Origin: an uncultured bacterium
Lineage (GTDB): Bacteria > Electryoneota > Electryoneia > Electryoneales > Electryoneaceae
Direction of reading: 5' to 3'
Assembly: GCA_964538455.1 (NCBI GenBank)
Contig: CAZIDZ010000002.1
Location: 89,444-153,443, forward strand
Length of the DNA: 64,000 bases
The notes under the pieces are model-generated. The model made no database searches. It was not told the origin of the DNA and saw only the letters and a program-made list of their open reading frames with translations. How positions within the stretch are numbered: the stretch's first letter is position 1; the number at the start of each line of letters is the position of its first letter. Shown in pieces: positions 47,759-61,100 of this stretch. Made by a program: the position numbers and the translations under genes.

Positions 47759-47905
47759 CGTGTGAATATTCGCGGCGGATTGCACCGGTCGCATTCGGGA
47801 GCGTGCGAGGAAATGGCTTTGGAGAGGGTTCAATCGACAGTCGAGGACAACTGTTCAAACGGATAAACGGGAGGCCGTAGGATTCTCCCGACAGCAAGAG
47901 AGGGA

Positions 47906-48136
47906 ATGATGGAAGGACTGAGCCTTGGGTACCTGGGCGCCTCGTTGGGTGCCGGTCTGGTGACATTGGGCGCTGCGGTGGGTATCGGACGCATCGCCGG
48001 GCAGGCGATGGACGGCATCGCGCGCCAGCCGGAAGCATCGGGCAAAATCTTTACTCCGATGATCGTAGCGGCGGCACTGATCGAAGGCGTGGCATTCTTC
48101 AACGCCGTGATCTGCATGCTGATCGCACTCAAGTAG
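47906..48136 (+). CDS. atpE: F0 ATP synthase subunit c
   Basis: GxGxG helix, ARQPE loop, ALIEG carboxylate. Confidence 0.96.
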   Translation: MMEGLSLGYLGASLGAGLVTLGAAVGIGRIAGQAMDGIARQPEASGKIFTPMIVAAALIEGVAFFNAVICMLIALK

Positions 48137-48162
48137 TTTCATTGTTTACGCGAGGAGTCGTG

Positions 48163-48741
48163 ATGAGGTCAAAGTCAATCCTCGTCGCGTTTGTCTTTCT
48201 CCTGCTTCCTCTGGCGGCGCTTGCGTCGGAGAAGGGCGGAGGTTTGGGCAGCCTGATCAGCATTGCGCCCGGCAGCATGCTCTGGACAATTCTCACGTTT
48301 GTGTTGCTGTTGATCGTGCTTGGCAAATTCGCCTGGGGGCCAATCGTCCGAGGGCTCGAGGCGCGTGAAGAGAAGATCTACGGCGCGATCGAGAAAGCGC
48401 AGCAGGAACGCGAAGAGGCGGAGAAACTGCTGGCGGATTACCAGGCAAAACTCCAGCAGGCGTCAAGCGAAATCGCTGATCGTCTCTCGAAGGCCGACAA
48501 GCAGACACAAGCGATCCTCGAGCAGGCAAAGGGCGAAGCACAGCAGGAAACCGAACGCATGCTCGATCGCGCGAAGGCGGAAATCGAGGGACAGCGTGAC
48601 AAGGCCGCTGCGGAGTTGAAGGCGCAGGTGGTGGGTCTCGCGGCGATGATCGCTTCCGCCGCCATCAGCGAGAGTTTCGACAAGCCGCAGCACCTCGAAA
48701 TTATCAGGAAGCGGCTGGAGCAGGCGGAGAAGAATTCGTGA
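48163..48741 (+). CDS. atpF: F0 ATP synthase subunit b
   Basis: WTILTFVLLLIVLGKFAWGPI...REEKI followed by a long coiled coil. Confidence 0.93.
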   Translation: MRSKSILVAFVFLLLPLAALASEKGGGLGSLISIAPGSMLWTILTFVLLLIVLGKFAWGPIVRGLEAREEKIYGAIEKAQQEREEAEKLLADYQAKLQQASSEIADRLSKADKQTQAILEQAKGEAQQETERMLDRAKAEIEGQRDKAAAELKAQVVGLAAMIASAAISESFDKPQHLEIIRKRLEQAEKNS

Positions 48742-49274
48742 AAGATCCAAAGCTCGCGAAACGGTACGCTCGGGCGCTGTACTCCGCCGCGAAGGAGGCC
48801 GGCGAGGTGGACGCGGTGATGCAGGTTGCCCGGGAGACCCTGGCGCCGCTGCTGGACGATCCGCAGTTTCGCCTCTTCTGGCTCAGCCGGCGTGTCCCCG
48901 CGCCCCGGCGGCAGGAGTTGGTGGATCAGCTTTTCAAGGAGGCTCCTGCCAGTTTGCGCCATTTCCTCAAGTTGCTGATCGAGAAAAAACGTGAAAGCAT
49001 TCTGCGGGAAGTTGCGGCCACGCTGGACCTCCTGCACGACGAGCAGACTGGCGTCGTCAGGGCGACGCTGACGACCGCCGTAGAGTTGAGCGGCGAGGAT
49101 GTCAAGCCCTTCGAGCAACTGCTGAAAAAACGCCTCGGTGGGGCGACCGTGGTGCTCACTAGGGAGGTGGACCAATCGCTGGTCGGCGGCTTCCGTTTGC
49201 GGTACGGGGACAAAGTGATCGACGGCAGTGTGGCGCGCTCAATCCATGAGATCGAGCGCCGCCTTTCGGCGTGA
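48738..49274 (+). CDS. atpH: F1 ATP synthase subunit delta
   Basis: AKRYARALY, FLKLLIEKKR, VDQSLVGG...DGS. Confidence 0.93.
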   Translation: MKDPKLAKRYARALYSAAKEAGEVDAVMQVARETLAPLLDDPQFRLFWLSRRVPAPRRQELVDQLFKEAPASLRHFLKLLIEKKRESILREVAATLDLLHDEQTGVVRATLTTAVELSGEDVKPFEQLLKKRLGGATVVLTREVDQSLVGGFRLRYGDKVIDGSVARSIHEIERRLSA

Positions 49275-49291
49275 CATAGAAAAGACGGGAT

Positions 49292-50924
<1,633 letters not shown>

Positions 50925-50951
50925 CGTTGACCTGAGACGGCGAAGGAAAAA

Positions 50952-51830
50952 ATGCCATCGTTGAAGCAGATCAAGCGGCGCATCGCGTCGGTCAACAGCA
51001 CGAAGCAGATCACTCGTGCGATGCGGATGGTCTCTGCGGCACGTTTGCGCCGTGCGCAGGAGAACATGATGGCCGCCCGTCCCTACTCCGACCGGCTCTG
51101 GACGCTGATCAAGGATCTCGCCGCGAGGACGGACCCCGAGGCCCATCCGCTGCTCGCGGTCCGTGAGCCGAAGCAGGTGGGCATTGTTGTGGTCACCTCG
51201 GATCGCGGCCTCGCGGGCAGCTTCAACATCAACATCTGCCGCGCTGCCGAGAAGGTGATCGAAAAGCATCGACGGACAGCTGAAGAGGTTCGCCTGATAG
51301 CGATCGGCAGAAAAGGATACGAATACTTCCGCAAGCGGGACGCGACTTTCATTCAGCACCATATCGGCCTCTCCCGCGATTTCGAATATGGCAAGGTGCT
51401 GTCGATCTCGACTGCGATCCGTGAACTGTACGAGTACGGGTTCACCGTCGACGAGGGGCTCGACCGGATTTACGTCGTCTACAACGAGTTCAAGAATGTG
51501 GTCCAGCAAAACGTGATCGTCGAGCAGCTGTTCCCGGTCGTTCCGGAGCTTGCGACCACTGAGACCTACCCGGTCGATTACATCTACGAGCCGTCGGAGC
51601 ACGCGCTGTTGGACCATGTGCTGCCGCTGTATGCGAATGTGACCCTGTGGCGGATGCTGCTCGAGTCCTTTGCGGCGGAGCATGCGGCTCGGATGAATGC
51701 GATGGAGAACGCGACAAAGAACGCCACGGAGCTTGTGGACAGGCTGACGCTTGACTACAACAAGGCGCGCCAGCAGGCGATCACGATGGAGCTGCTCGAC
51801 GTGATCGGCGGAGCGGAGGCGTTGGAATAG
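50952..51830 (+). CDS. atpG: F1 ATP synthase subunit gamma
   Basis: QITRAMRMVSAA, SDRGLAG, EHAARMNAMENAT, YNKARQQAIT. Confidence 0.97.
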   Translation: MPSLKQIKRRIASVNSTKQITRAMRMVSAARLRRAQENMMAARPYSDRLWTLIKDLAARTDPEAHPLLAVREPKQVGIVVVTSDRGLAGSFNINICRAAEKVIEKHRRTAEEVRLIAIGRKGYEYFRKRDATFIQHHIGLSRDFEYGKVLSISTAIRELYEYGFTVDEGLDRIYVVYNEFKNVVQQNVIVEQLFPVVPELATTETYPVDYIYEPSEHALLDHVLPLYANVTLWRMLLESFAAEHAARMNAMENATKNATELVDRLTLDYNKARQQAITMELLDVIGGAEALE

Positions 51831-51831
51831 G

Positions 51832-53657
<1,826 letters not shown>

Positions 53658-53671
53658 CTGGTTGAATTTGA

Positions 53672-53745
53672 AGTCATCCTGACGCCGCAAGCGGAAGGAT
53701 CTATGTGTTTCAAAACAAAGATCCTTCACTTCGTTCAGGATGACT
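53672..53745. repeat. GTCATCCTGA...TCAGGATGAC REP-like palindrome in the atpD-atpC spacer
   Basis: AGTCATCCTGA..GAAGGATCT / AGATCCTTC..TCAGGATGACT; a half-copy lies at 36805-36829. Confidence 0.8.
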
Positions 53746-53771
53746 AAAAGAAAAGTCTAAAAGCGACTTCC

Positions 53772-54173
53772 ATGGCGAACACGTTCAAACTCGAGATCAT
53801 CAGCCCCCACGGAATCGTCTATACGGGCGATGTCCATCACGTGCGAGCGCCCGGCGCGGAGGGGTCCTTCGGCGTGCTGCCCGGCCACACCCCCTTCCTC
53901 AGCCCGCTTCAGGTCGGCGTGATCGAGGCGGAGGTCGAGGGTAAGACGATCTTGTTCGCAACCAGCGGCGGACTCGCTGAAGTCCACGGGGACAAGGTGG
54001 TGATCTTGGCGGAAACGGCGGAGAAGAAAGAGCAGATCGACGTTTCCCGTGCCGAAGAGGCGGTGGAGCGCGCGCGCAAACGTCTCTCGGAAAGAACGCC
54101 AAACACCGACGTCGAACGCGCTCAATCCGCCCTCGCCCGCGCCTTGAACCGCCTGCATACCGCGGGTGTCTGA
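53772..54173 (+). CDS. atpC: F1 ATP synthase subunit epsilon
   Basis: LEIISP, GSFGVLPGHTP, GGLAEV, ALARALNRL. Confidence 0.96.
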   Translation: MANTFKLEIISPHGIVYTGDVHHVRAPGAEGSFGVLPGHTPFLSPLQVGVIEAEVEGKTILFATSGGLAEVHGDKVVILAETAEKKEQIDVSRAEEAVERARKRLSERTPNTDVERAQSALARALNRLHTAGV

Positions 54174-54209
54174 TTCATCAGGTATCGTTTTGGTGCTATC
54201 AAGTGGATG

Positions 54210-54236
54210 AAACACCCGGCGGGTTGCCGGGTGTTT
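54210..54236 (+). terminator. Terminator after the atp operon
   Basis: AAACACCCGGC-loop-GCCGGGTGTTT perfect hairpin. Confidence 0.7.
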
Positions 54237-54512
54237 ACCGTTTGTACTTCTCCCGAAGCCTCCTGTCCTCTCAATGTCAAAATGTGCAAATGAGGGCAAA
54301 GCAATTGACTGAAAATCGAGCTGGGACTATGTTTTTTTTTACCAGGGTGAAGGTCGTACACACCCGACAGGGGATTTGAACCGCTGACTTTCCTTCCTCA
54401 ACGTGCTCACGCCTATCGTTCCCGCCTTGCCCCATCGGACTGCCTCGTCCTGGTGAGGGACTCCTGAGCTAAAAGGACTTCGAAATACTTGCACAGACCA
54501 TTGGGGGAAACG

Positions 54513-55514
54513 ATGAGCATCTGCAAAGTGATTATCGTCTCTGCGCTAATGCTTGCGCTGGCAATTCCTTGTACGGCGGAGATTCTGGTCGTAGACAACA
54601 ATCCCGGCAACGTGGCTCACTATTCGACATTGGCGGCTGCGATGTCGGCGGCTTCCGCGGGCGATACAATCCTCGTCGTTGGGTCGCCGGATTCCTACGG
54701 AAGGCTTACGCTGACAAAAAAATTAATCATGTTTGGCCCGGGTTTCCTGCTGACGTCGAATCCGGAAACTCAGGCGCAGAAGATTCAGGCGATGGCATCG
54801 TTCACGTTCAACAGCGGATCGCAAGGATCGGTTGTCTGCGGCTTTTACATGAATGAGCAGCTACAGATCAACATCAGCAATATCACGGTGAAACGGAATT
54901 ACTGGAATTTCGCGAATGGTGGTCCGATGATCACTGTGAATTCCAGTAGCAACAGTGTGATCAAGCAGAATTATGTCAATAACACGGCCGGTAATTATGA
55001 CTGTATCTATTGCTCTCAATCGACGTCCAGCGTTGCGATCGCGAATAATTACCTATACGCGAACAATGGTAATGTGCTGCATTTCGAGAGCGCCGGCGGA
55101 CCGTTCTACGTTGAAAACAATGTCTTCTCTGGAAATCTTTCGGTGTACAACGCCTCGTTTTCAGGCAATATCTGGCGAAACGCGGGGACCCTGTCAGGCG
55201 GGAGCAATACCTACGAATACAACCTCTGCGCGGGAACGCAATTCCCAGATGCCAACGGTAACCTTCGCAATGTCGATATGGCAACGGTTTTTCTCAACAC
55301 CGGTAGTACTGACGCAAGATGGCAGCTCATGGAAGGATCTCCTGCGATCGGCGCAGGACCCGAAGGGATCGATTGTGGCATGTTCGGCGGCAACGATCCC
55401 TATGTGCTTTCGGGCATTCCGCCGATCCCGACGATCACCCATTTCTTTGCCCCCTCGACGGCCTCCCAGGCGTCAGGGCTCGACGTTCAGCTGAAGGCAA
55501 AAGCGCGCAACTGA
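54513..55514 (+). CDS. Secreted right-handed beta-helix (pectin-lyase-like fold) protein
   Basis: Signal peptide; YSTLAAA...AGDTILV; Asn-rich I..N repeats; L.EGSPAIGAG...D.GMFGG..PY. Confidence 0.7.
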   Translation: MSICKVIIVSALMLALAIPCTAEILVVDNNPGNVAHYSTLAAAMSAASAGDTILVVGSPDSYGRLTLTKKLIMFGPGFLLTSNPETQAQKIQAMASFTFNSGSQGSVVCGFYMNEQLQINISNITVKRNYWNFANGGPMITVNSSSNSVIKQNYVNNTAGNYDCIYCSQSTSSVAIANNYLYANNGNVLHFESAGGPFYVENNVFSGNLSVYNASFSGNIWRNAGTLSGGSNTYEYNLCAGTQFPDANGNLRNVDMATVFLNTGSTDARWQLMEGSPAIGAGPEGIDCGMFGGNDPYVLSGIPPIPTITHFFAPSTASQASGLDVQLKAKARN

Positions 55515-55571
55515 TCTCTCCCAACCTTGATTTCGCGTGACGGTAAAAGGTTGAAGAAGATTGGGGGGATC

Positions 55572-57701
55572 ATGAATAAACCAATTCTGGTTCTTTGCGC
55601 TCTGTTCATTGCGCTGTTCCCGGCGTTCGCAGCAGCCCAGAACGTGGCCGGCCTCGAGTACTTCATCGATAGCGACCCCGGGGTCGGTGCGGGGACTTGG
55701 GTGAGCGTCAGCGCCGCCGGGGAGATCGAACAGAGCTTCAATGTCAATGTCTCCGGATTGAGTCCCGGTCTCCATATTCTCTACGTCCGCGCCGTCGACA
55801 GCGATGGCGTCTGGGGGTTGCCCGTCCTGCGTCCCTTCCTCAAGCAGACTCTCGCCATCGATCCAGTCGCAAACATCGACGCCGCCGAATATTTCTTTGA
55901 TACCGATCCCGGTGTCGGGAGCGCCACGTCCGTTGCGCTCGTTCCGGGCGACATTGTGACGCTGGATTTTGCCGTCGACATCAGTGGGCTTGACGAAGGA
56001 TTGCATGTCTTTCACGTCCGTGTGCGGGATGGGAACGGCGCGTGGAGCACGGTCGTGCTGAAGCCGCTCTACGTCGAACGGCTCAGCCTGGAGACGCCCG
56101 CCGATGTTGCCCAGGCGGAGTTTTTTATTGACGTCGATCCCGGCTTTGGCAGCGGAACCGCCATTGACATTACCCCGGGGCTGGAGGTCGAGCCGGCGTT
56201 CACTGTCGATCTCACAGGATTGGCGCCCGGGCTTCACGTGCTGCACGTGCGAACCGCGGATGCGGCTGGCCGCTGGAGTTTGGTCACCCTGAAACCGTTC
56301 CTTGCAGAAACAATATCACTTGATACACTTCAGCACATCGTCCGTGCCGAGTACTTCCTCGACAACGATCCTGGTTTCGGCCAGGGCATGGCGGTCGATG
56401 TTGTCGGCGGAACGGAGGTTGAACTCACCTTTGTGGCCGATCTGGGTGATCTGGTTCCGGGACAGCATCTGCTCCACGTGCGCACGATGGATGCGCTCGG
56501 TCACTGGAGTAATGTGGCGATGAAACCCTTCCTGCTCGAAACGGCGATGGCCTCCGAGCCGCCCGGAAACATCGTTCGCTTCGAATGGGTTTTTCGGGCG
56601 ATGGATTTCGCCACGGATACCGTTCGTTTCACCGACTTCCCGCACGGACCTGATCTTGACCTGGAGTACGAGGCGAATCTGTCCGCGCTGAATCCGTTCG
56701 CGTCCTATGAGTACTACCTGCACCTGATTGACGACCGCGGTGCGCAAAGCTTGCACTACATTCACCCGTTCACGATGCAGCCGAGCCCGGAGAGCTTCGC
56801 CCTGCTCAGCCCGGTGAACAACGACACCGTCTGGACGATGGACACGACCCTCGTCTGGGAGAGCACGACCGATCCCGACACCGCAGATTCCGTCGTTCAT
56901 TACGACGTCTGGCTGGACACGCTTGCGGAATTCAACACCGCCGTGCTGATCGCCGACAGCATCGCCGACACCTCCCTAGCACTTGATAGCCTGTTGGACG
57001 ATCACACCTACTGGTGGGCAGTGCGAGCGACGGATACGAACACGCCGGGAAGCTGGTCACGCAACAAGGGGCAGTTCAGCGTTTACGTTCCCGAGCCTCC
57101 GCAACCGTTCACCCTGGCGGCGCCGGACAGCGGAAGCGAGTTCCCTGACTCAACCCAGTTCCCCCTCGCCTTCCAGTGGAACGCGCCTTACGATCCCGAT
57201 CCCGGCGATACGGTTTTCTGTCGGCTCGAACTCTCGGCGAACGAAGACTTCAGCGATTCCATGACGTTTGAGGCGGGCCCCGTCAATTCCTTTGCCGTTC
57301 CGGTGCTCGAACGGGGGCTCTACTGGTGGCGGGTGCATGCGCAGGACAAGTTCGGTTTCGAGACCTATTCGCTGGATGCTTGGACGATTGATGTCACATT
57401 GCCTGTGGCTGAAAATCCCTTCGCATTGCTGCCCGAACGCTATGAGATCACCTCGTTGTACCCGAATCCGTTCAATCCGGTGCTTACCGTCGTCATCGGT
57501 TTGCCCGAACCCGCATTCCTTAAAGTCGATGTGTTCAACGTGCTCGGACAGCGTGTGGCGCAGCTGGCGAATGAACGGCGGCAGGCGGGATATCACCGCT
57601 TCCAGCTGCGCGGAAGTCACCTTGCCAGCGGGGTTTACCTTGTCCGCGCAACCGTTCCCGGGAAGTTGAACGAGGCGATGCGCGTTGTGCTCCTGAGATA
57701 G
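55572..57701 (+). CDS. Secreted protein with four EY/FFxDxDPG repeats, two FN3/Ig-like domains and a T9SS-type C-terminal sorting domain
   Basis: Repeats EYFIDSDPGVG / EYFFDTDPGVG / EFFIDVDPGFG / EYFLDNDPGFG, each with G-x-H-x-x-x-VR; CTD YPNPFNP...FNVLGQRV...LASGVY. Confidence 0.85.
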   Translation: MNKPILVLCALFIALFPAFAAAQNVAGLEYFIDSDPGVGAGTWVSVSAAGEIEQSFNVNVSGLSPGLHILYVRAVDSDGVWGLPVLRPFLKQTLAIDPVANIDAAEYFFDTDPGVGSATSVALVPGDIVTLDFAVDISGLDEGLHVFHVRVRDGNGAWSTVVLKPLYVERLSLETPADVAQAEFFIDVDPGFGSGTAIDITPGLEVEPAFTVDLTGLAPGLHVLHVRTADAAGRWSLVTLKPFLAETISLDTLQHIVRAEYFLDNDPGFGQGMAVDVVGGTEVELTFVADLGDLVPGQHLLHVRTMDALGHWSNVAMKPFLLETAMASEPPGNIVRFEWVFRAMDFATDTVRFTDFPHGPDLDLEYEANLSALNPFASYEYYLHLIDDRGAQSLHYIHPFTMQPSPESFALLSPVNNDTVWTMDTTLVWESTTDPDTADSVVHYDVWLDTLAEFNTAVLIADSIADTSLALDSLLDDHTYWWAVRATDTNTPGSWSRNKGQFSVYVPEPPQPFTLAAPDSGSEFPDSTQFPLAFQWNAPYDPDPGDTVFCRLELSANEDFSDSMTFEAGPVNSFAVPVLERGLYWWRVHAQDKFGFETYSLDAWTIDVTLPVAENPFALLPERYEITSLYPNPFNPVLTVVIGLPEPAFLKVDVFNVLGQRVAQLANERRQAGYHRFQLRGSHLASGVYLVRATVPGKLNEAMRVVLLR

Positions 57702-58161
57702 GTGTGAAACTCTGTTGTGGTTTACGTCTGATGTCTGTGCAGTTCGGCTGAGTCAAAGAACAGGGAACCTATTCATGGAGGGGCTTCCCTGTAACGGCCG
57801 GAATTTGAGAGGGCCATCTCAGGGAATGAACAGGGCTCTCCTCTCGCTTGGAGTGTAGGATTTGGTTTTCTATGCAATTACGCTAACTCCGTGGATGAAT
57901 ACCCAGATATCACTTCGTGTTTTCGGTTTTGACTGACCGCGGAAAGAAATCGTAAGCTCTTTGCAACAGACTGAAAGGGTCACGGTCGCAAAGCACGTGT
58001 TTCCGTTGGGGGAAAGAGCTGTCTTACCACCACCTTAATTCTTCCTATTCATGCCCTTTCCGCATCCATTCAAATAACACGCGTCTCATTCGTTGACCCG
58101 AACACTTAGGGCGCGCAGGCGCGCCACTCTATGCTCTCCTGCGCACGGATCGGGGGGTCAG

Positions 58162-61100
58162 ATGAGCATCTTTCGCAAACGGTTGCCATGGTTAGTAATC
58201 CTTCCATTCGTTCTGTTTTTCACAAGTGAAATAGCTGTCGCTCAAATCGGTAACGCGGTATTGTTCAAAAGCAAACCCGCGGATATCGGAAAAACCGCGA
58301 AAAAGACACCAACCTTAGGGTTCATCGGAGGTGAGGTTCTCTACGAGAACTATTTTGACCAACCGCCTTTCGACTGGACGGGAATGGTGCCGCAGCATCT
58401 GGATGGATGGAAGTGGTACTCCGGTGGGGACTTCAGTACAACGATCCTACCACCCTGTATGAGATTTGAATTTACAGATAATGCAGTACCGGACGAAAAA
58501 GCTTTCACATCACCCCCAGTGGACGTCAGTGGACACACCACTGTCATTGTCGCTTACGATGGAGTGTTCAGATACCTGAAGGACAACAGTTCAAACTCGG
58601 ACTATCTGGTCGTTGAGATCTCACGGGATGGCGGCGCAAGCTGGGAAGAAGTCGAGCGCACGAGGGATCAACTGAATGGTGTATGCTCTGTTTCGACCAA
58701 TGGAGCCAGCGAGATTCTCGTGCGTTTCCGTTATGATGACTCGGCGGGAGGTTCACAAGCAGTCGATATCAGAATCGATGATTTTCAAGTGGTTGATGTA
58801 GAACCACCCAGCGAGCCGGGGAACATGACGGTCTACGAAGTGCATGGCCCCCTGTTTGGAGTGTTCGGACTTGACCATAAAGTAGGCATGCTCATTTCCT
58901 CTCAATACCCCTTGAGCGCCGCTTACGTGGAGTATGGTACTTTCGATGGCGAAAATGTGACGGACGTTCAAACCACGAATCTCAATAAGGATTATCAATT
59001 TCCCGATAGGTTGATGGGATATATTTCCGGAAGTTACGGCGCACCGGGACTGGATGTTGCCTGGCACCTCGTTGCAGTGGACATCTGGGGCCAACAATTG
59101 GTTTGGCCCGCGGGAAGCGGAACGCCGGGAACTGTCATCGCCTCGACGTCGTCCCCGCGAGCCCCCGATTCTCTGAACGCCTCCGCCTATGGATTTCACT
59201 TGTTCGAGTTGGATCCGGATTCTTGGAACGAGTTCATGGTACGCGACGGCAATTTCTGGACACCCGACGCACCGTGGTCTTTTAACCCACAGGTGATCCC
59301 ACCCAATGACCTGTTCAGCCCGCCTCCCGAACGCGAGACGATTCAGCCGGGAATGTGGGATCCCACGCCGATGTTCGGTACGGTGCCCAATGGTCCCTAT
59401 CCGGACAACGCCGACGGCTACTTGACGCTCAATATGGATATCGTTCCCGGTCCCAATTCCATTTTCGCCTGGTACTACCTGATCGATTGTCAGGCAAGTA
59501 TTATGGGCGGCACTGACGGCTACAACGTGGAAATCCAGGTGGATGGCGGCAGCTGGAACATTGTCCAGCCGATTGGTGGCTATCCAACCACGGTACTCGC
59601 GCTGAATTTTTATGATCCCGGTTTTTCGGGACTCGCTGGTCCCACTGCCTCCGCGATTGACCTGTCGCCCTACGAGGGGCATACGGTGAACCTGCGGTTC
59701 CACTTCGCCGGCGACAGCGGAAACGACAGGGATTACTACGGCGTTTCGATCTACCAGATGTTGCTGTCGGGAGTCGATGTGCCCGGCTGGCTGGTGAATG
59801 GCTCAGTCACCGATGCGAACTCCGATCCGATCGTTGACGCCCAGGTGGACATCTGGCCGTCGGGAGCGGATTATCAGAATGACCCGCCGGTACTGCGGAC
59901 TCACACAAACTCCGATGGTACGTACAGATTCTTCCCGCTATCCACGGGGGACTACATCCTCCAGGCTGTTGCACCCGGGCTCGAGCCTTTGGCGTCAACA
60001 TCCGTGACCGTCACCGATACAGCGGGATCGCAATTCGATTTCCAGCCTGGCACGACAGCGACCGATCACGATTTCGCCGGTCAGGTCGTTGGCGAGGATA
60101 GCCTTGCCGGGATCGATGGCGTAACCCTGGGTCTTGAAGGCACCGGGTACGTAACGACAACCGCAGGGGGAGGGGCGTTCGATTTCGGACCGATTCAGGC
60201 AGGAACCTACAATTTGCTCGCAAGTTCCAACCCGCCTGGATCCCAGGGGTATCATGACGCACGCTTTGCGGCTCAGGTGATCGGCAATGACATGCCTGCC
60301 AGCCCGCAATATGTCCTGCCGGCGATCAAAGCGACGCAGCCGCCAGAACTAACGCCGAAGAGCCATGAAATAGATGTGGTCATCCCGAACCAGACTCAAC
60401 TGATCGTTGATGGAAACACGCTGACTGTGAATTCGGAAGCCAAGCCGCCGGAACCGAAAACACCGCCCCGAAAAGGTTACCGTGTGCGTCTCGACGGTTA
60501 CCGCATTCTACCGGAAGTCTTTCCCTCGAGGACGTTCGTAATCAAAGGGCTCGAAAACGGACATGAGTACACGGTCGAAACGGCGGAAGATTTCGGGTAT
60601 GGCGACGAGTATCTCGTCTGGTCCGATCCCATGCCCGCGACTCCGAATACGCTGATCGCGACGCTGACCAATCCGCCGATAAATTGGGTGGAGATCCGGC
60701 CCGATTCAGGAGGGTCGGGATACGACCTCTACCTGGGGGACTATTCGGACGTGAGTGATATCGGCGGGACGTTCAACTATTTTGGAACGGATTACACCTC
60801 GCTCCGAGTCTACGGGGACGGTGTCATCTCCTTCGATCTGAGCGCCCAGATCAACTACTTCGCACCACAACTTGGCGATCCCAATCCGCCCAACGCCATT
60901 GTCGCGCCCTACTGGACCGACCTGGCGCCGGGGTACAACAGCGGTGAATCGGCCTGGTTCTGGTATGATTCAGGTGGCAACAGGGCCATCATTCAATGGC
61001 ATGCGCCTCATTACACCCTCGAGGGTCCGGTCAACGATGCAGATTTCGAGGTGATTCTCGATTTCAACGATTACAGCATCACCTTCCAGTACCTGACTAC

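Noticed and set aside
54360-54395. tRNA T-arm-like string on the minus strand (GTCAGCGGTTCAAATCCCCTGTCGGGTG)
   Set aside because: The T-stem has a mismatch and no acceptor, D or anticodon arms can be built; at most a decayed fragment
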